Shown here: one piece after another, positions 53,781 to 64,000 of the stretch
Layout of the letters: each line of letters starts with the position of its first letter
Numbering within the stretch: the first letter of the stretch is position 1
Assembly: GCA_965217895.1 (NCBI GenBank)
Contig: CBDCJV010000002.1
Coordinates: 2,272,001 to 2,336,000 of the forward strand
From: Waterburya sp.
Lineage (GTDB): Bacteria > Cyanobacteriota > Cyanobacteriia > Cyanobacteriales > Xenococcaceae
DNA length: 64,000 nucleotides
Direction: 5' to 3'
Program-made: the position numbers and the translations under genes
The notes under the pieces: generated by a model
What the model was told of the DNA's origin: nothing
Seen by the model: the letters and a program-made list of their open reading frames with translations, nothing else
Databases searched by the model: none

Positions 53781-55361
53781 ATGGGTAAAATTACTAAACA
53801 TTTTCGATTGTGGAGCAGTTTTCGACCTTCACTAAATCAAAAATTAATTAATAAGTCTGCCTCTATTGAGCCAATTGTTCTAGATAAAACAATTCCTAAA
53901 ATCACTTCAAGTTTGATTATTAGCTTTATAACTATTTTAGCTAGCCTCCAGCCATTGAGCGTTAAACCTGCTCAAGCTGCTTCTGGCCCTTATTGTCATT
54001 TTACTGCCGACAAAGTTGAGGCAAAAGAAAAGCTGTTAAAAGCCTCTTTAGAAGGAGATCAAACCGCTAGCCAAGAGTATCAAGAAATTGTGCAAAAGCA
54101 CGCTCAAATGCTACAGCTATGTCGTAGTCAGACTTGGCCAGCAGAAGAGGCAATTTGGTTGCGTCTTTATCCCTGTGACGTAACTGCTGGTTCAATAGAT
54201 TCTGTACTAGACCGTATCGTCAATCTCGGCTACAACAAAATACATTTAGAAGTTTTTTACGATAGTCAAGTTCTTTTGCCGCCTGGAGATAATCCTACTC
54301 CTTGGATACCAGTAGTGCGATCGCCTGGAGCAGAAAATGCTGATTTACTAAAGCAAACTATTGATAAGGCACATCAACGAGGTATAAAAGTCTACGCTTG
54401 GTTATTTACCATGAACTATGGCTATACCTATGCCCAGCTTCGCGATCGCCAAGAAGCATTGGCTCGCAATGGACAAGGTTCAAATAGTCTTACTTTTGTT
54501 AACGATCGCGCTCAGGCATTTGTCGATCCTTATTCCCCTCAAGCACAAGCGGATTACTATAATTTGCTGCAGGCAGTCCTCAAACGCCAGCCAGACGGTG
54601 TTTTATTTGATTACGTTCGTTACCCTCAAGGTACAGGTGGACAGTCCTATGTTCATAACGTCCGAGATTTATGGATTTATGGTAAATCCTCTCTTGAGGC
54701 TTTGTACAATAGAGCCACCAACAAAAAAGGATTAGCCGTAATCAAAAAATATGTAGAAACTGGCAATTTTACCGCTCAGGATCTCAAAAATATCGATCGG
54801 CAATATCCCCAAGAAAAAGATCCAAGCTGGCAGGGTAGTCGTAATCTGCCTGACTCTAAAGCAACTCTCCAGTCACGCTATCTTAGCTTGAGCCAACAAC
54901 TCTGGGTCTTATCTGTAGCTCATGCAGCACAAGGTGTACTTGATTTTCTGTCTTTTGCTGCTAAACCTGTTCAAGATCGAGGCATTCCCGCAGGAGCAGT
55001 CTTTTTTCCTGAGGGTAATCGTTTAATAGGTAAAAATAGCTTTGATTCTCGTCTCCAGGCTTGGGATAAATTTCCTCCAGACTTAGAGTGGCATCCTATG
55101 TCTTATGCTCTGTGTGAAGAAAAGACAGATTGTATTGCCAAGCAGGTAGAAAGTGTTTTAAAAATAGCCCCCAAGACAACAAAAGTTGTTCCTTCTTTAG
55201 CTGGTGCCTGGGGTAAAGTTTATCGCAACCATCCCCCCTTAGAAGCTCAGATGGAAGCATTACGCAAGGCAACTCCAGAAATTAATTCTGTTAGTCATTT
55301 TGGCTATTCCTGGCAAGAGCCAAATCACGATCGCCAACGAAATTCATGTAATTTACTTTAA
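53781..55361 (+). CDS. GHL10/DUF187 family glycoside hydrolase-like protein
   Basis: AHQRGIKVYAW, DGVLFDYVRYP; signal-peptide-like region. Confidence 0.85.
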   Translation: MGKITKHFRLWSSFRPSLNQKLINKSASIEPIVLDKTIPKITSSLIISFITILASLQPLSVKPAQAASGPYCHFTADKVEAKEKLLKASLEGDQTASQEYQEIVQKHAQMLQLCRSQTWPAEEAIWLRLYPCDVTAGSIDSVLDRIVNLGYNKIHLEVFYDSQVLLPPGDNPTPWIPVVRSPGAENADLLKQTIDKAHQRGIKVYAWLFTMNYGYTYAQLRDRQEALARNGQGSNSLTFVNDRAQAFVDPYSPQAQADYYNLLQAVLKRQPDGVLFDYVRYPQGTGGQSYVHNVRDLWIYGKSSLEALYNRATNKKGLAVIKKYVETGNFTAQDLKNIDRQYPQEKDPSWQGSRNLPDSKATLQSRYLSLSQQLWVLSVAHAAQGVLDFLSFAAKPVQDRGIPAGAVFFPEGNRLIGKNSFDSRLQAWDKFPPDLEWHPMSYALCEEKTDCIAKQVESVLKIAPKTTKVVPSLAGAWGKVYRNHPPLEAQMEALRKATPEINSVSHFGYSWQEPNHDRQRNSCNLL

Positions 55362-55414
55362 AATTTTTATTTATTCTGTGCATCTGTTATGATAGTTAGC
55401 GTCGCATACAAAGA

Positions 55415-55496
55415 GCGGATGTGGCGGAATTGGTAGACGCGCTAGATTTAGGTTCTAGTGTTTTCGGACGTGAAGGTTCAAGTCCTTTCATCCGCA
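55415..55496 (+). tRNA. trnL: tRNA-Leu, anticodon TAG
   Basis: Acceptor stem GCGGATG/CATCCGC; anticodon arm CTAGA-TTTAGGT-TCTAG; long variable arm; GTTCAAG T-loop. Confidence 0.97.
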
Positions 55497-55756
55497 CTCT
55501 CACTAACGTTCGAGTCTTAGGGCTTTTCACTATCATGTCCTAAGACACCAGAACGGAATTTTGCTTAAAACTGAATATAACAAAAAGCTGAAGGCTAATA
55601 AATAGGATACATAGATACCCCAGTTTTTAAGGCGGTTAATATAAGCAGCGAAAAAAGAGGCTGGCATTGTATCATCCCTTAAGCATTTTTTCTCGCCTTC
55701 CTCTTTCATAATTACTCCTAAATGTGTTGATACTTCTAAAGCGTTGAACAAAGTGT

Positions 55757-55900
55757 TTAACGCTTTCTCGATACGCCTACGTCTCTTCCTCTTACGAGAA
55801 TGCTTATCTTTTCATCAGCTAAAACTAATTTGGGCTGGTTGGCTAAGGCTCTGGCGATCGCAACTCGTTGTTTTTGTCCTCTTGGGTCAGAGTATTCTGT
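55757..55900 (-). pseudogene. Fragment of a DevA-like ABC ATPase gene
   Basis: GQKQRVAIARALANQPKLVLADE (signature plus Walker B) with no Walker A or rest of the domain. Confidence 0.7.
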
Positions 55901-55984
55901 CTCAACAGGCGAGTGGAACAAGCCCCCCATACTTGGTAGGGCTGTTTCATTCGCCAAAGTATGAAGTATTCTTTCTGCCTTCAT

Positions 55985-56683
55985 TTAAGGGCGATAAAAG
56001 TTATCGTGGAAAAGTTCATAGCATTCACAGGCAGTGTCTTCTAAACCTGACCGAGTTAAAACAGTAATTTTGCCACGAGTATAACTTATCAACCCTGCCT
56101 TTTGAAAAATCCCTGCTGCTATGGTTACGCCCGAACGACGAACTCCAAGCATATTACTAATAAATTCCTGAGTCAGAGGGAACTCGTTAGATTGAGTTAA
56201 ATCTTGAACCGTCAGCAGCCAACGAGCCAAACGCTCTTCTATTGTATGATGACCATTGCAAACTGCTAGTTGGGCAGTCTCATCTAGTCTGGTTTGAGCG
56301 TAGTTTAACAATATTCTTTGTAACTCTCCTCCTCGGTCAAACTCCCGTTTCAAAACTAGAGCAGAAATCTTCATCGCTCCGTCTGGTACTTGAACAATGG
56401 CGCGCTGACTACTATAACTATTGCTGAGAATAACTGGAAGACCGATCATTCCCGTACCGCCAATTAGACCAATTTCGGTGCTGATGCCGTTACTCAGTAT
56501 AGAAACCAGAGAAATCAGCGCAGTATTGGGAAAATAAACGGTTTCGATCTTTTCTGAAGCTTCGTAGAAAACAGTTCCCACAGGAAGAGAGACAGGCGTT
56601 AAGTAAGGCTCTAGTCGCTGGTATTCAATTTTTGGCAAAGCTGCCAAAAGACGATTAGCCGAGTGCAAATGATCTTGAAACAC
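55985..56683 (-). CDS. Crp/Fnr family transcriptional regulator
   Basis: NRLLAALP, cNMP-binding-like domain, HTH LTQEFISNMLGVRRSGVT. Confidence 0.92.
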   Translation of the reverse strand: MFQDHLHSANRLLAALPKIEYQRLEPYLTPVSLPVGTVFYEASEKIETVYFPNTALISLVSILSNGISTEIGLIGGTGMIGLPVILSNSYSSQRAIVQVPDGAMKISALVLKREFDRGGELQRILLNYAQTRLDETAQLAVCNGHHTIEERLARWLLTVQDLTQSNEFPLTQEFISNMLGVRRSGVTIAAGIFQKAGLISYTRGKITVLTRSGLEDTACECYELFHDNFYRP

Positions 56684-56776
56684 AAGAAAAATCCTCTTAT
56701 ATTGTGCTGCTGCTAAAAAAAGCTAACGGCACAAAAAGGAAACTCGTGTTTAAATTCCTATGTCGCCAAATCTTAC

Positions 56777-56825
56777 AAGCATACCGATCATAACTCGATT
56801 CCACTGACTTGTGATCGGTATGCTT
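56777..56825. terminator. 14-bp perfect inverted repeat
   Basis: AAGCATACCGATCA/TGATCGGTATGCTT just after the stop of 56840-57217. Confidence 0.55.
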
Positions 56826-56839
56826 AGAAGAGGTCTACT

Positions 56840-57217
56840 TTAAAATTTATCTTTATTGGCTTGCCAAACTTGCCGCAAAAATTTATTCAAATATTGGCGA
56901 TTCGATGCTTTAGGCATCAATGTCTCATCAGCATCCTTTAATCTACTCAGTAAAGAAATAACTTCAGTATCTAAAGCGGGTCTAAATAAATTCATTGGCC
57001 ACAGTAAATCAGATCCAGACTGTAGATCGATTATTTGATTAACGTTCATGCGATCGCAGCTTAGTTCAACTAGGCACATTGATCTGAACCAGCATAATTT
57101 GCGGTCAGGTATTAACTGAATTACTTCTCCATAAAGGCAATTATGCTGATATTCTAAGCAGATGATTTGATTTGTTTTAAAAAGCAAATCTGAAGCATTA
57201 GATACAATGTCTCTCAT
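56840..57217 (-). CDS. Conserved cyanobacterial hypothetical protein
   Basis: LYGEVIQ, DLLWP, FRPALDTEV. Confidence 0.75.
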   Translation of the reverse strand: MRDIVSNASDLLFKTNQIICLEYQHNCLYGEVIQLIPDRKLCWFRSMCLVELSCDRMNVNQIIDLQSGSDLLWPMNLFRPALDTEVISLLSRLKDADETLMPKASNRQYLNKFLRQVWQANKDKF

Positions 57218-57476
57218 AGTAAATTTAGCTGTGAAGCTGCATTGTTTTATTAACGGTCAGAGATTAAGTTTATTTATTGTTGGCTTAATTATCACGCTAT
57301 AAAAATAGCTGTATTTAACCCATGCTTATTATAAATAGAGCATATACAACAATTGGAAGTAGTTGTTGCCTAATTAAACCTTTTCCATCTCAAGATGCGA
57401 TCGCTAAAACAGCAATTATTGATATTTAAGCTGTTTTTTAGAGTTCAAATTACAACGCCGATTAACGCTTTGTTAT

Positions 57477-58010
57477 TTACCCTAAGAGATAGCCTGATTC
57501 TTTTAGTTTACTAATTATTTTATCTACGCTTTGGGATATTTCTTCCAAATCGGTACGACACTCTACTTCAGGATTTGTTGGTGGTTCGTAAGGATCATCA
57601 ATACCAGTAAATTGCTTTATTTCTCCTGCTCGGACTTTCTTATAAAGTCCTTTTACATCACGATCTTCGCAAACAGAAAGAGGAGCATTGACAAATACCT
57701 CGACAAAGCTATTAATGTTTGCCCGCATTTCTTCTCTAATAGCGCGATAAGGTGAAATTACAGGAACTAAAACAATGACTCCATTTCGAGCTAAGAGTTT
57801 GGCAACAAATCCAATTCTGCGAATGTTAGTATCTCTGTCTTCCTTGGAAAACCCTAAGTCTTTGGTTAAGTTTTCTCTAATTTCGTCGCCATCTAGAACC
57901 TCAAGCTGATACCCCTGAGATTTTAGTTCATTAGTAAGTGCATCTGCAATAGTACTTTTGCCCGCACCACTAAAGCCTGTAAACCAGACGGCCACACCAC
58001 GTTGATTCAT
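57477..58010 (-). CDS. cysC: Adenylyl-sulfate kinase
   Basis: WFTGFSGAGKST, LDGD, RDVKGLY, FTGIDDPYE. Confidence 0.97.
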   Translation of the reverse strand: MNQRGVAVWFTGFSGAGKSTIADALTNELKSQGYQLEVLDGDEIRENLTKDLGFSKEDRDTNIRRIGFVAKLLARNGVIVLVPVISPYRAIREEMRANINSFVEVFVNAPLSVCEDRDVKGLYKKVRAGEIKQFTGIDDPYEPPTNPEVECRTDLEEISQSVDKIISKLKESGYLLG

Positions 58011-58191
58011 AATTGTTTATATTCTTTAATATGTTTTTATACTCCACAATATACTACCTTGGAATGCGCTTAGAGAATGTCTAAATAAGATAGAGCAGTT
58101 CATCCAACTCAATCGACTCGCATTTTTTACATTTTAAAGTTTTAAAACTCAAATCTAGATAAAATGTAAGCGTTATAATCCTTATGTTGCT

Positions 58192-58647
58192 ATGATTAAC
58201 GCGCCTATTTTTCATTTAGCTATACCGATCGACGATATTACTGAGGCAAAGCAATTTTATGGAGCAAGTTTAGGCTGTGAGATAGGCAGAGAGAACAAAG
58301 CAGCCGTAATTTTTAACTTTTACGGAACTCAACTGGTTGGTCATATCTCGCACCAGAAATTAGACAGACAGCCAGGAATTTATCCGCGACATTTAGGCTT
58401 AATTTTACCTTCTATGTTAGATTGGCAAACAATTTGCGATCGCGCTCGGCAAAAGCAGCTTACATTTTACGAACAGCCAAAACTACGTTTTCCTCAGCAA
58501 TTATTGGAACACCATAGTTTTTTTCTCGAAGATCCTTTTCATAATCTACTGGAATTTAAATACTATAGCGATTCATCAGTAATCTTTGGTGGACGCGAAT
58601 CAAATTTGATTGGCGAGACTGCTATACAAAACAAACATCACAGCTAA
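58192..58647 (+). CDS. VOC/glyoxalase family protein
   Basis: FHLAIP, YPRHLG, FLEDPFHNLLEFK. Confidence 0.9.
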   Translation: MINAPIFHLAIPIDDITEAKQFYGASLGCEIGRENKAAVIFNFYGTQLVGHISHQKLDRQPGIYPRHLGLILPSMLDWQTICDRARQKQLTFYEQPKLRFPQQLLEHHSFFLEDPFHNLLEFKYYSDSSVIFGGRESNLIGETAIQNKHHS

Positions 58648-58658
58648 TGCTGATTGAT

Positions 58659-59495
58659 TTAAGCACTACCACCAACGGTCATGATTAAGAACATCATAAT
58701 TAATACTGTGAAAACTCCCAATAAAAAGCTAGCAATGAATAAAAAGTGTTGTCGTCTTTGACTAGCAAATTTAGGCATCAAACTATTGCGATAGCTATTA
58801 ATTCTACTACTACTAGTAAGCCGCTTGTCTTTTTTAAGCTTTGATTTGATTTCTTGTTGAACTTGCGAATACTGATTAGTTAGATTAATAATAGTATTTT
58901 CCTGGGATTTGATCGTTTCCTGTAGTCGAAATAAACCTGAAGTTAGATTAGATAAAACATGGTTCATTTCCGATGTCTCAGCCGAGTTGGCTGAGTTGGC
59001 AGAATTATTCTCAACTAATACTCCAACTTTACTGGGGATTTTTTGAGGCTTCAAAATATGGGTATCTGACTGCAAGCTGTGATGTTGAGAACTATCCCAA
59101 TTACCGAGAATTGGTCCAATCTGGAAGAAGCCTTTCTCGGTTAGACGGATAATAGTTGCAATGTCTTTAACGCTAGTATTTTTTAAAATATAACCCCTAG
59201 CACCTGCCTGAAGTGCTAAATTCAACTGTCGCCGATCGTCTTGACTAGTTAACAACAAAACTCTACTCTCAGGATAGCGACTAGAAATTGTCTTGGTTGC
59301 AGCTATGCCGTCTATATTGCCTGGCATTTCGATATCCATTAACACGATATCAGGCTGATGTTCTCCCACCTGGGCGATCGCACTTTGACCATTATCTGCC
59401 AAACCAATTACTTCTATGTCTGGTTCGCTAGATAAATTGATTTTTAAAAACTCTCTTATACTCCCTAAATCGTCAACTATTAGAACTGTAGTCAT
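58659..59495 (-). CDS. Response regulator receiver (NarL-like REC) with coiled coil and C-terminal TM helix
   Basis: VLIVDD, LMDIEMP, LLT, GYILK; hydrophobic tail FLFIASFLLGVFTVLIMMFLIM. Confidence 0.88.
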   Translation of the reverse strand: MTTVLIVDDLGSIREFLKINLSSEPDIEVIGLADNGQSAIAQVGEHQPDIVLMDIEMPGNIDGIAATKTISSRYPESRVLLLTSQDDRRQLNLALQAGARGYILKNTSVKDIATIIRLTEKGFFQIGPILGNWDSSQHHSLQSDTHILKPQKIPSKVGVLVENNSANSANSAETSEMNHVLSNLTSGLFRLQETIKSQENTIINLTNQYSQVQQEIKSKLKKDKRLTSSSRINSYRNSLMPKFASQRRQHFLFIASFLLGVFTVLIMMFLIMTVGGSA

Positions 59496-59979
59496 GATGA
59501 TAAAAATTTTAAATAGATAAATTGATAAGTATTTTCTTAAGTCTGTTTTTTAAAATGATTGATTACAAATTGCTATAAATACAGGACTGTAAAGAAGACT
59601 TAAAAATATTAGGTTAAAGAATAAATTTTCTAGATTGCTTATTTTAGGTATGCTTGAGCCTCTAATCATTTCGTAGTTTAAAGCTTAACTGCCAATTGCT
59701 CAACTAATTTGCTCCCAAGCGTAAGTCTATGCACATTAGTTTTTTGTTGATGGAAAAATAGTCTACCAAATGTTGCTAAAAATTACTACACATTTGTCAA
59801 ATCTAATTAGTAATAAGGAGAAACTTCATCAAACTGCAATCAATATTTAACACAGAAAAAATATCTGAGCGCATTTGGATTTATTAATCATATAATATAA
59901 CTTGTATAGAAAATGCAATAAAAGTAAACAAAACAAAATATTTTTTTCCAGTGCATTTCAAAATTATAGGAGATAGTGT

Positions 59980-61692
59980 ATGTTGCGACTCGAACACATC
60001 AGCAAAATTTACCCAACGGGAGAGGTTTTAAAAGATGTCACTTGGGAAGTTAAACCTGGAGAAAGAGTTGGTTTAGTTGGAGTCAATGGTGCAGGAAAAT
60101 CCACTCAACTAAAAATTATCAGCGGCGAAGTTGAAGCCACATCAGGGGAAGTAGTTCGCCCTAATAGTTTGAAGATTGCCTATTTGACTCAAGAATTTGA
60201 GGTAGAGCCGACGCGAACAGTTTACGAAGAGTTTTGGACAGTATTTACTGAGGCCAACGCTACTCAACAAAAGATGAATCAAATTCATCAGGAAATGGAA
60301 AAAGCCACTCCTGAAGAGTTAAATAAACTAATTGATCGGCTAGACAAGCTACAGCGCAAATTTGAGGCTTTAGACGGCTATACTTTAGATGCTCAAATAG
60401 AAAAGATTTTGCCCGAAATGGGCTTTACCACAGAAGATGGCGATCGCCTGGTAAGCTCTTATAGTGGAGGCTGGCAGATGCGCATGAGTTTGGGTAAGAT
60501 ACTCCTGCAAGAGCCAGACTTACTGCTGCTGGATGAGCCTACCAACCATCTAGACCTAGAAACAATTGAGTGGCTAGAAAACTACCTGCGCGGGATTAAT
60601 ACACCGATGGTGATCGTCTCCCATGACCGCGAATTTCTAGACCGTCTTTGTACAAAAATCGTCGAGACAGAACGAGGAATTTCTACTACTTATTTAGGTA
60701 ATTATTCGGCTTATCTCCAGCAAAAAGCAGAGACGCAAATAGCTCAAGGAGCAACTTATGAGCGACAGCAAAAAGAAATGGCTAAGCAGCAGGAATTTAT
60801 CGAAAAGTTTCGAGCTAGTGCTACCCGTAGTACTCAAGCTAAAAGCAGAGAAAAGCAGTTAGACAAAGTAGAATTAGTCGAAGCACCTGTTGCTGGCTTG
60901 AGAACGCTAAAATTCCGTTTTCCTCCTTCTCCTAGAAGCGGTAGGGAAGTAATCGCCATTAAAGATCTAGTTCATGCTTACAACAGCGATATTTTGTTTT
61001 TAGGAGCAGAATTAACCATCGAAAGAGGCGATCGCATTGCCATCTTAGGACCAAATGGTGCAGGAAAATCCACTCTGTTACGTATGATTATGGGAATGGA
61101 AAAGTTTGACGAAGGAGAAGTGGAAATTGGCAAACACAACGTAATTCCTGGCTATTTTGAACAGAATCAAGCAGAAGCTCTAGACATGGATAAAACTGTC
61201 ATGAACACGATTCATGATGAAGTTCCTGACTGGAAGAACGAACAGGTGCGTACTTTATTAGGACAGTTTTTGTTTAGTGGCGAAACCGCCTTTAAAAAAG
61301 TCGCTGCTTTAAGCGGAGGCGAAAAAGCGCGTTTGGCTTTAGCCAAAATGCTCTTGACTCCTGCTAATCTATTAATTTTAGATGAGCCGACTAATCATTT
61401 AGATATTCCTGCCAAAGAAATGCTGGAAGAAGCATTACAGCACTATGACGGTACGGTAGTCATTGTTTCTCACGATCGCTATTTTATTTCTCAAGCTGCT
61501 ACCAAAATTGTCGAGATTCGTGATGGAGAATTAATAGTATATCGAGGCGATTATCATTATTATTTAGATAAGATAGCCGAAGAAAAAGAAAAAGCGAGAC
61601 AAAAAGCAGAAGCCGAACAAAAGGCGGTTAAAAAAGCAGAGAAACAAGCCAAGCAGGCTACTAAAAAGAAACAAAAAAAAGCTAAAGCATAA
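59980..61692 (+). CDS. ABC-F family ATP-binding protein
   Basis: Two ABC domains (GxNGAGKST, SGG, LDEPTNHLD) and no TM segments. Confidence 0.96.
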   Translation: MLRLEHISKIYPTGEVLKDVTWEVKPGERVGLVGVNGAGKSTQLKIISGEVEATSGEVVRPNSLKIAYLTQEFEVEPTRTVYEEFWTVFTEANATQQKMNQIHQEMEKATPEELNKLIDRLDKLQRKFEALDGYTLDAQIEKILPEMGFTTEDGDRLVSSYSGGWQMRMSLGKILLQEPDLLLLDEPTNHLDLETIEWLENYLRGINTPMVIVSHDREFLDRLCTKIVETERGISTTYLGNYSAYLQQKAETQIAQGATYERQQKEMAKQQEFIEKFRASATRSTQAKSREKQLDKVELVEAPVAGLRTLKFRFPPSPRSGREVIAIKDLVHAYNSDILFLGAELTIERGDRIAILGPNGAGKSTLLRMIMGMEKFDEGEVEIGKHNVIPGYFEQNQAEALDMDKTVMNTIHDEVPDWKNEQVRTLLGQFLFSGETAFKKVAALSGGEKARLALAKMLLTPANLLILDEPTNHLDIPAKEMLEEALQHYDGTVVIVSHDRYFISQAATKIVEIRDGELIVYRGDYHYYLDKIAEEKEKARQKAEAEQKAVKKAEKQAKQATKKKQKKAKA

Positions 61693-61699
61693 AAAAGCA

Positions 61700-62158
61700 A
61701 TGGAATTGGAGCAACAGTTAGCAGCAATAATTAATGAAGCACCTAACTTTGGTGTACCAGCTATCGTCGCCGAAAAAGCGATCGCTCCTGTTCTAAAACT
61801 ATTTGCCGAGCAGTTAAAGTATTTAGAATACTATGTGCTGCAAAATCTTGAAGAGGATTGGGTTTTAACTACTATTGCTAATCCTCAAACATCTCAAGAA
61901 AAGCAGGTGATTTATGCTTTTGTTTCGGTTCAAGATGCTGCTACATCTCAAGGAAAAACTAACCCAGATCTAATTGCCATACCAATCTCTATTGTTCAGC
62001 TTTTGTTTAGGCTATTCTCTTTACAGCAGGTAGATAGCCTAATTTTTCTGGAAAATTCTCGCGATCTCAATCAAGGAGTAGAAATAAAAAGAGAACATCT
62101 AGCAAACTTAATCAAAACCCAAATTGAACATCTACAAACCCCGCCCAATCTTGCTTGA
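61700..62158 (+). CDS. Conserved hypothetical protein
   Basis: 152-aa ORF 7 nt after the ABC-F stop; YYVLQ..WVLTT..VIYAF. Confidence 0.75.
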   Translation: MELEQQLAAIINEAPNFGVPAIVAEKAIAPVLKLFAEQLKYLEYYVLQNLEEDWVLTTIANPQTSQEKQVIYAFVSVQDAATSQGKTNPDLIAIPISIVQLLFRLFSLQQVDSLIFLENSRDLNQGVEIKREHLANLIKTQIEHLQTPPNLA

Positions 62159-62160
62159 TT

Positions 62161-62436
62161 TGGCGTTGCTGATTCAAATTATGAAACTCCTACCTATACG
62201 CAAAAAGTCCTGCTAAAAAACAGGACTTAAGAAATTAGAAAATAGCTAAAAAACAATATGGCGTTGCTGATTCAAATAATGACGTACAGAATATTACTGT
62301 TCGTAGCTTTTAGCTATTAGCTTTCAGGTATTCTTCATGTTCCAACAAAGTGAGAGATGGCGAGGAAACCTCGCCATCTCTCACTTTCAAATTAGGAAAT
62401 TAAAAACCTGTACAGCATTACAATTCAACAACGCCA
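62161..62436. mobile_element. MITE-like region with a duplicated left end and an internal perfect hairpin
   Basis: TGGCGTTGCTGATTCAAAT at 62161 and 62259; inverted end ATTCAACAACGCCA at 62423-62436; 19-bp hairpin at 62347-62387. Confidence 0.6.
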
Positions 62437-62442
62437 ACAATA

Positions 62443-63519
62443 TTAACGAACAGTATCAGCTAATCGATCTACGCGAATTGGTTTGATAAAGTACATTTTG
62501 ATGAGTTGCGTGCCATTAGAAACATAGTGAGGTAGCTTACGCAAAAGCTTGATAGGTGCAGGAGAATTTGAACTAGCAATTTTAGTTAATTTCTCGTTAT
62601 TGTTCACACACTTTTCTAAACGCTGATAAAAATCAGGATGTTCTACATCTAAAACGACAGGAAACACTCTACCTGCGGTTTCGTTGGTTTTTTCAATGAC
62701 GTGCTTGTCATATTCTCTAGCATCCAAGCCCAAAGACTCATAAAAACCAGAGCGTTGAACATCATTCAGGTACATAGTCGCAAAGACTGACAGCAAAAAG
62801 AAACGACTCCATAATCTTGCTTTCCAGTCATTAAGAAACTGAGGCTGAGACTTCATGATTGCATCGAAGAAGTCACCGTGACGGTTTTCATCCTGACACC
62901 AATTTTCAAAGAAGCTGAAGATAGGATAAATCTCGTTTTCAGGATGCTGCTGTAGATGGCGGAAAATGGTAATGTAACGCCAGTAACCAATCTTCTCAGA
63001 AAGATAGGTTGCATAGAAAATAAACTTAGGCTTAAAGAAAGTATATTTGCGACTCTTAGTTAAAAACCCTAGGTCAAGTGAAAGATTAAAGTCAGATAAG
63101 GCTTTATTCAAGAAACCTGCATGACGAGCTTCATCTCGCGACATAAGGGTAAAGATTTCTGCCAATACTGGGCTTTTTCCTTTTAAACGTCTACCTAATT
63201 CTTTGTAAAGTAGAAAGCCAGAAAACTCAGCCGTACAAGAACGTTCGAGAAATTCAATAAAGAGCTTGCGAGTTTCGCCACTAATGCTATCCCAAGACTT
63301 TTGGAACTGCTCATCTCTGACAAAATGATGGCGATTATAGTCAATACGAAACTCTTCTAAGATTGCCCTTAGTTCATCTTCATTAACTGAGATGTCCATT
63401 TTAGCCATCTCTTCAAAATCGGTTGTATAAAAGCGAGGAGTGAGAATAGTTTCTGCCGCAGGAGATTTGACTCCAGGGCGTACTTCCTCGAACTGTGGTT
63501 TTTTAAGGCTATCTACCAT
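62443..63519 (-). CDS. acsF: Aerobic Mg-protoporphyrin IX monomethyl ester cyclase
   Basis: [20 protein letters not shown], and di-iron motifs DEARH and DENRH. Confidence 0.97.
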   Translation of the reverse strand: MVDSLKKPQFEEVRPGVKSPAAETILTPRFYTTDFEEMAKMDISVNEDELRAILEEFRIDYNRHHFVRDEQFQKSWDSISGETRKLFIEFLERSCTAEFSGFLLYKELGRRLKGKSPVLAEIFTLMSRDEARHAGFLNKALSDFNLSLDLGFLTKSRKYTFFKPKFIFYATYLSEKIGYWRYITIFRHLQQHPENEIYPIFSFFENWCQDENRHGDFFDAIMKSQPQFLNDWKARLWSRFFLLSVFATMYLNDVQRSGFYESLGLDAREYDKHVIEKTNETAGRVFPVVLDVEHPDFYQRLEKCVNNNEKLTKIASSNSPAPIKLLRKLPHYVSNGTQLIKMYFIKPIRVDRLADTVR

Positions 63520-63745
63520 TATTTTAAATACTTAACTTCTTTTTCTATTGAACAAACTGACTCTGTACAGTTGCCATCATTTAGGTGCTTGTAGATTAAC
63601 ATTCTCTAATAGTTACGTTATTCTGTGGCAGTTTGTTAACGAATATTAATCAGTTATTTGAAAGTTATTAGCCATTAGCTTTTATTTTTATCAAAATTAA
63701 ATATGATTTACCTATAGCGATCGCAATTTGACTCAAGTGACTTTA

Positions 63746-64000
63746 CTAGAAACTGAATATCTGTGCTGCTGTCAATGATAGTTGTACAAGAACGTTTGAA
63801 TAGATCGCCCGATCTTTTTCAAATACTGTTTCTTCATATAAACCATCTACCAAAGATAAAATTGTAATCTTGTTAATCTGAGGATCGACAATCCAATATT
63901 CTAAAATCCCTCTAGCAGCATACTCAGATCGCTTATATCTATAATCCCTATCTTCATTTGCTTTGCCAGGAGACACCACTTCGACAACTAAAACAGGAGA
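63746..64000 (-). CDS. Uma2 family endonuclease (5' part beyond the window)
   Basis: LVVEVVSPG..DYRYKRSEYAARGILEYWIVDP. Confidence 0.9.
   Translation of the reverse strand, partial: SPVLVVEVVSPGKANEDRDYRYKRSEYAARGILEYWIVDPQINKITILSLVDGLYEETVFEKDRAIYSNVLVQLSLTAAQIFSF

Noticed and set aside
55533..56067. ORFs 55533-55751 and 55744-56067 as real genes
   Set aside because: Overlapping and motif-free; the region looks like decayed sequence

Overview
AT-rich cyanobacterial chromosome segment with a very high density of HIP1 (GCGATCGC) sites and heptamer STRR repeats. Most of it is core metabolism and photosynthesis: crtW-like ketolase, truncated cytochrome b6-like gene, hli, vipp1/pspA, mgtE, rbp, a pebA-pebB-cpcB-cpcA-cpcE cluster, SLH porin, leuD, pyrG, an ALS-like probable 2-oxoglutarate decarboxylase, ycf3, gatC, divergent mgdE/mgdA, maf, tRNA-Leu(UAG), cysC, ABC-F and acsF. 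Main leads: (1) four adjacent uncharacterised genes after maf (49326-52070) that appear to share one G-x-[VI]-x(19-21)-H module, the last with a membrane anchor; (2) an HpsJ-like/cyanoexosortase A/associated-protein cassette divergent from a secreted protein with a variant VPFG sorting signal; (3) a cytochrome b6 homolog lacking one heme-ligand His, 33 nt upstream of crtW; (4) very small mobile repeats inserted into coding sequences, plus REP/REPIN-like and MITE-like elements. No CRISPR array, rRNA or intact transposase was seen. Family assignments come from recalled motifs, not database searches.
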